Source: a virus
Lineage: Duplodnaviria > Caudoviricetes
Direction: 5' to 3' (one strand)
Length of the DNA stretch: 64,000 nt
Virus record (IMG/VR): IMGVR_UViG_3300021964_009400
Shown: piece after piece, positions 1-8,828 of the stretch
Layout of the letters: the number at the start of each line of letters is the position of its first letter
Numbering within the stretch: the stretch's first letter is position 1
Translations under genes and position numbers: made by a program
Notes under the pieces: generated by a model
What the model was told of the DNA's origin: nothing
The model's input: only the letters and a program-made list of their open reading frames with translations
Databases searched by the model: none

Positions 1-86
1 TCGATGATTCAAGAATGGTTCTAACTGCAGTTGCATTTATGGTAAGAAGAAGTTCAATACAAATTGATGAAAGGACATATCACTAA
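1..86 (+). CDS. 3' end of an upstream gene (partial; probably a neck/head-completion protein from its position)
   Basis: Open frame from position 3 (DDSRMVLTAVAFMVRRSSIQIDERTYH) ends at TAA 84-86, overlapping the next ATG (TAATG). Confidence 0.55.
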   Translation, partial: DDSRMVLTAVAFMVRRSSIQIDERTYH

Positions 87-1246
87 TGGCAGTAGACCCT
101 TTAAAAAAATTACCTAAGAATAGAGCCTTACAATACAAAAAAGAAAGTATTGAACAAGGAAAGGGAGTAAAATTATATGATGTTGATTTTGCAATCGCAG
201 AACATATGATTGATACTGTATTACCTACTGTTGAAATATTCCAAGAAAAACAAAAGATACCAGTTGTATATGGTAATCCTGAAAGATGGAAATCAGTACA
301 AAAAGATGGATTTTTAAGAGATAAAAAAGGAATGTTGCAAATTCCTTTGGTAATGTTTAAAAGAAATTCTATTGAAAGAAATGATGCACTATCAAATACA
401 ATGAATAGACATGTATCTTATCCATCGGTATCAAGATATTCCAAAAAACATAGATACGATAAATTTTCAGCAATGACTTCTACTCAAAAACCAGTTGAAT
501 TGTATGATATCGTAATACCTGATTATGTTACTTTAACTTATGAAGTAATCATTTGGACTGATTTTACAGAACATATGAATAAAATCGTAGAAGCATTTCA
601 ATATGCAACAGATGAATATTGGGGAGATAAAACAGGTTTTAAGTTTAGAGTAAAAATTGATAATTTTGATAATACAACCGAAGTAAGTGAAGGTTCTCAA
701 AGAATTGTAAGAACAAATTTTACAATGGCAGTAAATGCTTATCTATTACCAGAACAATTTGATAATGAGAGTACTCATAAAAAATCAATATCACCAAAAA
801 AGGTAGTTTGGGGGTTAGAAACTGATTTAACTGGTTTAGCTGGTGGAAATGTAACAAACTCAACACTAAAAAAGAATTTAATTAACGAATATTCAGATGC
901 AATTGATTTTTTATCAGTTAGAGGTTCAAAACAAGGTTCATTTGTTGATGCAGATACAATGAAAATAACGAGTGTAGAGCAACCAAAATTACCACCTGAA
1001 CTAATCGGTACATTTAATGAAGATGAGTGGTATAGAGTGTATATAAATGGTGTTTTTATACCTAAAACAAAATATAATGTAGTGTACCAAGATGATACAG
1101 ATGAAGTTTATTTCAATTTTTCAACTGGTTCAGTTTCGGTAGGTGGTGTTTATCCTGATGATTTACAATCAACTTCAAATGATTTAGGTTATATTTTAGA
1201 AAATGATGATGAATTTGGTGTAACTGGTAAATTTATAGAATTATAA
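86..1246 (+). CDS. Tail completion/sheath-stabiliser protein (T4 gp15-like) with a C-terminal extra domain
   Basis: IPVVYGNPERW and PDYVTLTYEVIIWTDFTEHMNKIVE resemble gp15-type motifs; sits at the start of the tail module. Confidence 0.6.
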   Translation: MAVDPLKKLPKNRALQYKKESIEQGKGVKLYDVDFAIAEHMIDTVLPTVEIFQEKQKIPVVYGNPERWKSVQKDGFLRDKKGMLQIPLVMFKRNSIERNDALSNTMNRHVSYPSVSRYSKKHRYDKFSAMTSTQKPVELYDIVIPDYVTLTYEVIIWTDFTEHMNKIVEAFQYATDEYWGDKTGFKFRVKIDNFDNTTEVSEGSQRIVRTNFTMAVNAYLLPEQFDNESTHKKSISPKKVVWGLETDLTGLAGGNVTNSTLKKNLINEYSDAIDFLSVRGSKQGSFVDADTMKITSVEQPKLPPELIGTFNEDEWYRVYINGVFIPKTKYNVVYQDDTDEVYFNFSTGSVSVGGVYPDDLQSTSNDLGYILENDDEFGVTGKFIEL

Positions 1247-1248
1247 CA

Positions 1249-1578
1249 ATGGCAATAAAGGATTTAGTTAGAATATTAAAACAAGTACACGAACCAGATG
1301 AGTATCGATTATCAGCACATGATATGAACCATTCGTTATATTGGATATGGAAACTCAATGATGGAAAGTTGAAAGATTTAGATTTAGAATTAAGAAGTTT
1401 TAGACCAGAACATGCTCGTTTTGATATATTTATTAATGGACAATATGTTTTAGAAAATGATTATATTTTTGAACACTCTGGTAGTAAATTATTAATCAAA
1501 TTTAAAAAAGCTAATTTTGATTATAATTTAGAAGAAAGTGATGATATAAAAATAGAGGGAGATATACAAGTAGGATGA
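1249..1578 (+). CDS. Small virion-associated beta-rich protein
   Basis: 109 aa; RFDIFINGQYV..DY motif resembles the C-terminal domain of 86..1246 and the next ORF. Confidence 0.6.
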   Translation: MAIKDLVRILKQVHEPDEYRLSAHDMNHSLYWIWKLNDGKLKDLDLELRSFRPEHARFDIFINGQYVLENDYIFEHSGSKLLIKFKKANFDYNLEESDDIKIEGDIQVG

Positions 1579-1943
1579 GTTCAAAACCAAAACCAAATGT
1601 AGTAACTCCTTTTGATGATAAACAAAGGTTTAAGAATCTTGTATTGGAAGTTTTTGAAGATATGGAATCATTTTCACATATACCAGATTCTATTAGTTTA
1701 GATGGTGTTTTATTTACTTTAACACTTTCTAATAAGAAATTTGTATATGAAGAAATAAAAGTAGATAATAGTTCAGATTACATTGATGTTTATTTACAAG
1801 GCATCAAAAAAACATCAGATATCTACTCGGTTACTGATAATGGAACAGATATAGTAATTAATTTTACTGAAAGTATTACACTTTCTCCTGAAGATATAGT
1901 GAATACAGATTTTTCAGTAAAAGGAAAGATAGTGAGTAGATAA
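1575..1943 (+). CDS. Small virion-associated beta-rich protein
   Basis: 122 aa; YIDVYLQGIKK..IY motif; ATGA overlap with the previous gene. Confidence 0.6.
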   Translation: MSSKPKPNVVTPFDDKQRFKNLVLEVFEDMESFSHIPDSISLDGVLFTLTLSNKKFVYEEIKVDNSSDYIDVYLQGIKKTSDIYSVTDNGTDIVINFTESITLSPEDIVNTDFSVKGKIVSR

Positions 1944-1945
1944 GA

Positions 1946-4900
1946 ATGGCAACATTAATTCAAAGTAAACAGATACAAGGAGTTGTAACCGCATCGGTAA
2001 TCGAGGGGGATTTCGCTGTAAACGCAGGTTCGGTTAACTTAGCAGCTGCAAGTGGTGTAACTGGTTCATTTAGTGGTTCATTCGTTGGTGATGGTAGTGG
2101 AATACAAGGAATAGATTATTCTCAAATAACGAATACACCAGTATTTCTACCAGGTAATAATATAACAATCACATCTGGTAGTAATATCATTACTATAACT
2201 TCAACTGCAAGTGGTGGTGGTTCAAATGAATCTTTAAACTCATTTACTGCATCTTATTATACTGATTCTGCATCATTTGATTCACGAATTGTAGGTATTT
2301 CTTCAAGTGGTAGTGGTGCTGATTGGAGTACTAATTTACAAAATATTCCAAGTGGAATTGTAAGTGGTTCTATTCAAGTTTTAGGTGGAACCGATATAAT
2401 CAGTAGTTCTGCTCAAATATCATCTTTAGGATTCCTAACATCATCTCATACAGATATATCATCTTTAAATGATTATACATCATCAAATGATTTAAGATTA
2501 ACTAATTTAGAATCAACAACTTCTTCATTAGATACAAGAATTACTCAATTATCAAATTCAACTGGTTCTTATGAAACTGTTGGTAGAGGTATTATAAGTG
2601 GTTCAGAACAACTTCCAAGTGGATTATTTAGTGGTTCACTTGTAGCTGGAGAAAATATAACAATTAACCAAGATGGTGATAACTTTATAATCTCATCTTC
2701 GGCAAGTGGTGGGGGTTCTGTACCAGCAGGAACCATTAGTGGTTCACAACAAATAACAGATTTAGGGTTTATCAGTTCATCGCATACTGATATTACATCT
2801 TTAAACGAATATACTTCATCTACTGATGAAAGATTATCAAACATAGAAGCAGCAACTGGTTCTTATTTAACATCAGAAACAGATTCACAAACACTTTCGA
2901 TAAGTGGAGACCAGTTAACAATTTCAAGTGGAAATACTGTAACCATTCCAACTGGTAGTGAATTACCTGGTGGAACAATTAGTGGTTCAGAACAAATTAC
3001 TGCATTAGGATTTACAAGTGGTTCACATTCTGATGTAACTTCATTAAATACTTTTACAAGTTCAATACAAACTGAAGTAGATGTATTAAGTGCAGCAACT
3101 TCTTCATATCTAACATCTTTAGATAGTGGTATTATAAGTGGAAGTCCTCAATTAACAGATTTAGGTTTCTTAAGTGGTTCTTTATTACCAGGTACAAACA
3201 TTACAATCAACTCTGGTAGTGATGGATTCTTTATTAGTTCTTCAGCAGGTGGTGGTAGTACAAGTGTAACTGTTTCTGATTCAGCACCAGGTTCTCCATC
3301 AGAAGGAGATTTATGGTGGAAATCGGATGATGGTAACCTCTATGTTTATTATGATGGATATTGGGTAATATCAATTGATACTACAAATGCTTTACCAAGT
3401 GGTGTAATTAGTGGTTCACAACAAATTACCGATTTAGGATTTATCAGTTCATCACATACTGTAATTGATTCATTAAATGCTTATACTGCATCAAATGATA
3501 TTAAGATTTCTAATTTAGAATCAACAACTTCTTCATTAGAACAACGAATTGGACAAATTGAATCAAATACAAGTTCATACGAATCACATTCTGATTTAAG
3601 TTCATTAAATACATTTAGTTCATCAATACAAACTGAAGTAGATGGATTATCAGCACAAACTTCATCTTATTTAACAACATTACCAAGTGATTTAGTTAGT
3701 GGAAGTTCTCAATTAACTTCTTCATACGATACAAGATATGCATTAAGTGGTAGTGGTGGTTCTATTCCAAGTGGAACTGTAAGTGGTTCATCACAATTAA
3801 CTGCTTCATACGATACAAGATATCAATTAAGTGGTTCATCTATTCCTTTTGATGGAAATAGAATTGTATCACAAGAAAAATTACCAACGATGTTTACTTC
3901 ATCGTTTAATCCAGGTACAAGTGGTTCTGTTGTAGATTTCTTAAATGCAATATTTTATCCAAACACACAACCATCAATTACAAGTGGTAATCAAACGATT
4001 TCTGAATATAGTGCAAGTTCATCTCCTATATTCACATTAGAAGCAACAGACCCTGAAGGTCAATCACTTACTTTTGGAACTGCATCTGATTATACAGATG
4101 ATTTAGTTAGAGTTGCATCAAATGGTGTTGTAACTTTAAATGCATTGGCAGAATCATCTTCATTTAATACTGATTTAGTTGGTGGTTCACATGGACATAC
4201 ATTTACTGCAACTGCAACTGATACATTTAATTCAGTAGTTGAAAAAGATATAACAATATTTGTAACTCCAAACGAAGCACCGATATTTAGAGAAACTTCA
4301 GTAAGTGGTAACCAAATTACAAGTGTAAGTTCAAATTTAAACGAAAGTTCAACAAATGGAACATTAGTAAAAAGAATATTCTTTACAGATGATGAAAGTG
4401 ATACAATTACAATTGATTCTTCATCAATATCTCCATTTGACCACTTTACAATAACAAAATATTCAACTTATGTTGATATAACACAAAATACAGGTTCACT
4501 TAATTACGAAGTAGACCCATTATATACTTTTAGTATTAGTGCATCTGATGAACATTTCCAAAATGGACAAGATTCTGATTCAATATCAGTTTTACCAATA
4601 TCAATTAGTGTTGTAGATAATGCAACTCCAACTGTAAGTAACCAAACTCTTTCATCTATAAATGAAAATAGTTCAAATGGTGCAGTAGTTGGTTCTATAT
4701 CTGCAACTGATTCAGAAGGAAATACAATAACATTTACAAACTTTAGTTTATATAGATTAGAATTAGATAATGTCTTAGTTAGTAGTAGTTCTTATGGTGG
4801 AACTTCACAATTAACAGACCCACACGAAAATCCATTCCAAATGGATTCATCTGGTCAAGTAACTCGTAAGACAGGAGTTTACTTAAATTCTGATTTAATA

Positions 4901-7900
4901 AACGAATATCAATATACTGTCGAGGTTAGAGATGCATACAACAATAACTCTAACCCAGCGATAGTTACTATACCAATAGATGATGATACACCAGCAACTT
5001 TAACAGATAACTTTGATAATTTATTCATAAAAGAATCTGAAACAAGTGGTACAACTATAAAAACAACAAATTATGGTTCTACAACTGCTGATTTTAATTC
5101 AAATCAAGCTGGAACATTTACATCATCTAATCCAGCAATTTTAATTAATGGTAGTGGTAACTTATCATTGAATGTAGACCTAAGTGGTTCAGTAACTCAA
5201 AGTGGAGAAACAATTGATTCTACAATTACATTTACAAATTCATTTAGTACAACAACTACTCAAGCAATTAGTGTAGAAGTTGTTCCAAATCACCACCCAA
5301 GTGCTTCATTTACATTACAAAATTCAAATCTAAATACAAATTTAGCAACAACAAATACAAACATGGTTCTTGTTTCGATAACGGACACAGAAGGTGATAC
5401 TCCTTATTCTGCTTCTTTATCTGGTACTGATGCAGGAAAGCTTAATATCAATTATACAAACTCAAATTCATCATCTCTGTACATTAGAGCAAATGAGAAC
5501 TTATCTGCAGGAACCATAACTTATAACCTGAGAGTAACTGATGCTTATAGTGAAGTTTCAGATTACACAGGTCAAACAATCCCTATCAACCAAGCTGATA
5601 CGGGTACACTTGGTGGGGATACAACATCATATTTAATAGAATCAACAAGAAGTGGTTCAGTTTTAAGAGATGCAAGTGGTTTTGAAGCAGGAAATGCTTC
5701 ACAATTGACTGTTTCATATTCTGGTTCAGATGGAACTCCATCTGTACAATCATTTACTTCATCAAATGCAGCTATTGATATTGATAATAGTGGTAATCTA
5801 ACACTTGCAGTTGATTTAAGTGGTTCTGCCACATCTTCGGGTGATACAATATCATCTGATATCACATTCTCTGATAACTATGGTAATGTTGGTAGTGGTA
5901 GTTTAACTGTAAATGTATTTGCAAACTCACATCCAAGTGCCTCGTTCACTAATAATACTGGAGTTTACAATACAAACCAAGCAACATCAAGTGCATTGAT
6001 GGTTTCATTAACAATTACAGATGAAGAAACAGATACTCCATTCAGTATGAGTTTAAGTGGAACAGATGCAAGTAAATTTAATATAGAACCACAAAATTCA
6101 AACACTTCTTCAGTTCAATTAACTGCAGAATCTGATTTTGCTGGTGGAACTTATTCATATACTGCTTCAATCTTTGACCAATTTGGTGAAACTTCACAAT
6201 ATGAAAGAGAAATTACAATTGCTGAAGCAGATTTAGGAACTTTAACAATAAATGGAACATTCTATATTATAGAATCAGCAACAAGTACTTCTTTAATTAG
6301 AACAAACTCAAATGGTAGAACTGGTACACAAGGTGATTTAGGAGTTTCTTACTCACCAAACTATGGTTCACAAGTTGTACAAGAATTTACATCATCAAAT
6401 GCATTAATTGCAGTAAATTCAAGTGGTAATTTATCTGTTGGTACAAATATAAGTGGTAGTGGTAATGTTAGTGGTGATACAATTAACTCAAATATAACTT
6501 GGGCAGACCAACATGGTAATGTAGGTAGTGGTTCAATATCAGTTAATGTAACTACAAATAATGCACCAACAACAAGTTCAATTTCAACACAATTTGAAAA
6601 TACAAACCAAGCAACTGGTTCATCACAATTATTAGAATTAACAATTTCTGATGAAGAAAGTGATTCTATACCGAATAGTGGATTAACATGGTCAAGTTAT
6701 AACTCAACTTACTTTGTAGCATCAGTTGCAACACCATACATGAGATTAAGTGTTAATAATACATCAGTTCCGAGTGGAACATATCCATGGGAAGTAACAT
6801 TAGAAGATGTACATGGGTTTAGAACAAGAGTAATAAGTGGTTCATTAGTAATATCTCAAGCAGATACTGGTACACTTAGTGGTGATACTGCAGTTTATGC
6901 AATCGAATCTGCATTAAGTGGTTCAGTATTGAGAGATGCTACTGGATTTGGAAATGGAAATGCATCCGATGTTGATGTTTCATACTCACCGGCATATGGT
7001 TCACCAACTGTTCAATCATTTACTTCATCAAATGCTGCAATTGCAATTGATAGTAGTGGAGCAATGACATTAGCAGTTGATTTAAGTGGTTCGGTAACAC
7101 AAAGTGGAGATACTGTATCTACAACAATAACTTTTGATGACCAATATGGAAATGTTGGTAGTGGTTCGGTAACACTTAATGTGTTTGGTAACTCATCACC
7201 AGCAGCTTCATTTGTATCATCATCAAACTACGAAAGTGATAATGCAACAAGTGGTTCTGATGCAGGTACCTTAACAGTAACAGATACAGAATCTAATTCA
7301 CCATTTACAATTACACTTGCAGGTACAGATGGTGGTAAATTTGATGTAAGTGGTTCATCATCACCATTTGAAATACAACCAACAGGTTCACTTGAGGCAG
7401 GAACATATACAATTGATATAACAGTACAAGATAGTTACTCAGAATCAATAACTTTATCAAGTGAAACAATAATAGTTGACCAATCATCAAATACAGGTGA
7501 AGTATATATTTATTATTCAAACTATGCATCTGATGTGAATTTATCATCAGCATATAACGCAGTAATGGGTGCAAGTACTCTAAATAGTGATACTCCACCT
7601 GAAGTAACTGCTTATACTGCAAATACGGCATCACCGTATTATAAAATTAAAACATCGGTTGGTGATAGTTCATACTCACTTGCTGGTGGTAAAACAATGA
7701 CACTCGCAGCCACTATAAGTGGTTCGGATTTTCCAACAATTGTATCTCAATCAGCAGCTGCAATGAGTTGGGCAAGTGGTGTACAAACTGTGTTTGTTAT
7801 ACCAAGTGGTTCAAGTATGACAAATGTACCAACTTCTATGAGAGATTCAACAGGAGGAAGTACTGCAGGAGAATATGTATTAGTAGAATATGCAGATGGA

Positions 7901-8068
7901 ACATCTGCACCTCTAGGGGGAACTAACTCAACAATTCACACTTTAGATGTTGATGGAACACAAGGTGGATTTGATAAGTGGTTCGTTTTAGGAGCAGGAG
8001 CAAATAATAGTGCAACCAATATGAGGTTAAAAGTAATACCAAGTAGTGGTTCAATAGGAGCATTTTAA
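1946..8068 (+). CDS. Giant fibre/adhesin-like virion protein with cadherin-like and about 210-aa Ig-like repeats
   Basis: 2040 aa; N-terminal SGS-rich repeats; cadherin-type motifs (NEAPIF, INENSSNGAVVGSISATDSEG, LNYEVDPLY); four FTSSNxAI..SGNL..DLSGS units spaced about 630 nt. Confidence 0.75.
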   Translation: MATLIQSKQIQGVVTASVIEGDFAVNAGSVNLAAASGVTGSFSGSFVGDGSGIQGIDYSQITNTPVFLPGNNITITSGSNIITITSTASGGGSNESLNSFTASYYTDSASFDSRIVGISSSGSGADWSTNLQNIPSGIVSGSIQVLGGTDIISSSAQISSLGFLTSSHTDISSLNDYTSSNDLRLTNLESTTSSLDTRITQLSNSTGSYETVGRGIISGSEQLPSGLFSGSLVAGENITINQDGDNFIISSSASGGGSVPAGTISGSQQITDLGFISSSHTDITSLNEYTSSTDERLSNIEAATGSYLTSETDSQTLSISGDQLTISSGNTVTIPTGSELPGGTISGSEQITALGFTSGSHSDVTSLNTFTSSIQTEVDVLSAATSSYLTSLDSGIISGSPQLTDLGFLSGSLLPGTNITINSGSDGFFISSSAGGGSTSVTVSDSAPGSPSEGDLWWKSDDGNLYVYYDGYWVISIDTTNALPSGVISGSQQITDLGFISSSHTVIDSLNAYTASNDIKISNLESTTSSLEQRIGQIESNTSSYESHSDLSSLNTFSSSIQTEVDGLSAQTSSYLTTLPSDLVSGSSQLTSSYDTRYALSGSGGSIPSGTVSGSSQLTASYDTRYQLSGSSIPFDGNRIVSQEKLPTMFTSSFNPGTSGSVVDFLNAIFYPNTQPSITSGNQTISEYSASSSPIFTLEATDPEGQSLTFGTASDYTDDLVRVASNGVVTLNALAESSSFNTDLVGGSHGHTFTATATDTFNSVVEKDITIFVTPNEAPIFRETSVSGNQITSVSSNLNESSTNGTLVKRIFFTDDESDTITIDSSSISPFDHFTITKYSTYVDITQNTGSLNYEVDPLYTFSISASDEHFQNGQDSDSISVLPISISVVDNATPTVSNQTLSSINENSSNGAVVGSISATDSEGNTITFTNFSLYRLELDNVLVSSSSYGGTSQLTDPHENPFQMDSSGQVTRKTGVYLNSDLINEYQYTVEVRDAYNNNSNPAIVTIPIDDDTPATLTDNFDNLFIKESETSGTTIKTTNYGSTTADFNSNQAGTFTSSNPAILINGSGNLSLNVDLSGSVTQSGETIDSTITFTNSFSTTTTQAISVEVVPNHHPSASFTLQNSNLNTNLATTNTNMVLVSITDTEGDTPYSASLSGTDAGKLNINYTNSNSSSLYIRANENLSAGTITYNLRVTDAYSEVSDYTGQTIPINQADTGTLGGDTTSYLIESTRSGSVLRDASGFEAGNASQLTVSYSGSDGTPSVQSFTSSNAAIDIDNSGNLTLAVDLSGSATSSGDTISSDITFSDNYGNVGSGSLTVNVFANSHPSASFTNNTGVYNTNQATSSALMVSLTITDEETDTPFSMSLSGTDASKFNIEPQNSNTSSVQLTAESDFAGGTYSYTASIFDQFGETSQYEREITIAEADLGTLTINGTFYIIESATSTSLIRTNSNGRTGTQGDLGVSYSPNYGSQVVQEFTSSNALIAVNSSGNLSVGTNISGSGNVSGDTINSNITWADQHGNVGSGSISVNVTTNNAPTTSSISTQFENTNQATGSSQLLELTISDEESDSIPNSGLTWSSYNSTYFVASVATPYMRLSVNNTSVPSGTYPWEVTLEDVHGFRTRVISGSLVISQADTGTLSGDTAVYAIESALSGSVLRDATGFGNGNASDVDVSYSPAYGSPTVQSFTSSNAAIAIDSSGAMTLAVDLSGSVTQSGDTVSTTITFDDQYGNVGSGSVTLNVFGNSSPAASFVSSSNYESDNATSGSDAGTLTVTDTESNSPFTITLAGTDGGKFDVSGSSSPFEIQPTGSLEAGTYTIDITVQDSYSESITLSSETIIVDQSSNTGEVYIYYSNYASDVNLSSAYNAVMGASTLNSDTPPEVTAYTANTASPYYKIKTSVGDSSYSLAGGKTMTLAATISGSDFPTIVSQSAAAMSWASGVQTVFVIPSGSSMTNVPTSMRDSTGGSTAGEYVLVEYADGTSAPLGGTNSTIHTLDVDGTQGGFDKWFVLGAGANNSATNMRLKVIPSSGSIGAF

Positions 8069-8084
8069 ATGATAGGAATATAAT

Positions 8085-8672
8085 ATGCCAAGTATAAGTT
8101 CAAAATTAAGTTTAACATCAGCAGCGATAACCGCGAACACGGCTCTTGCAGATGTAGATTATATTAGAGGTGCCTTTAAGGTATATTCATCCTCTGATTT
8201 ATCTGGTATCGCTCCGAGCTATTTTTCGGATGGACAGATAATCTATGTCGAAGATAGTGGTTCATTATATAAAGCTAATGTTCAACTTGCTAATTTTATT
8301 GATGTATTTGAAGATTCAGTATCTTTTTCAGCTTGGTCATTTGATAGTGGTTCATTTGTAAGTGCTTCTTTTGATGGAGTTGCAACACTAACATTCTTTG
8401 GACAAGATATTGAAGGTTCAAATAGAGTATCAATGTCTGTTGATTTATCTGCATTAACTGGTTCTGGTGGAGGTGGTGGAAGTGGTGATATTACTGCAGT
8501 ATTCACATCAGATGAAGGTATTATTGGTGGTTCATCAAGTGGAAATGTTGTACTTGAATTAGACCCAGGAGATGGTATTGTTTTAAATTCAAATGGTATA
8601 AACGTAAGTACAGGCTCTACACATTTTATTGGTGGAGTACAAAAAGTAGAAATTGATGGAGATACTTTTTAG
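8085..8672 (+). CDS. Virion structural/fibre-associated protein
   Basis: 195 aa, Gly-rich linker, C-terminal EIDGDTF motif shared with neighbouring fibre genes. Confidence 0.6.
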   Translation: MPSISSKLSLTSAAITANTALADVDYIRGAFKVYSSSDLSGIAPSYFSDGQIIYVEDSGSLYKANVQLANFIDVFEDSVSFSAWSFDSGSFVSASFDGVATLTFFGQDIEGSNRVSMSVDLSALTGSGGGGGSGDITAVFTSDEGIIGGSSSGNVVLELDPGDGIVLNSNGINVSTGSTHFIGGVQKVEIDGDTF

Positions 8673-8705
8673 TATTAAAAAGATATTTTCATATTTATAT
8701 AATAT

Positions 8706-8740
8706 AAACACTATATAGTGTTTTATAAGGGTATATACCC
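8706..8740. repeat. Tandem perfect palindromes AAACACTATATAGTGTTT (8706-8723) and GGGTATATACCC (8729-8740)
   Basis: Read directly; both are centred on TATATA; intergenic, after an ATATTTATAT motif at 8691. Confidence 0.8.
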
Positions 8741-8828
8741 GTTGAACAATATGTTTCAAACACTTTTTAAATAAAGGTTATATAAAAAAAAACAAATAAT
8801 TAATTAACAAAAAAGGAAAAAATTAAAA

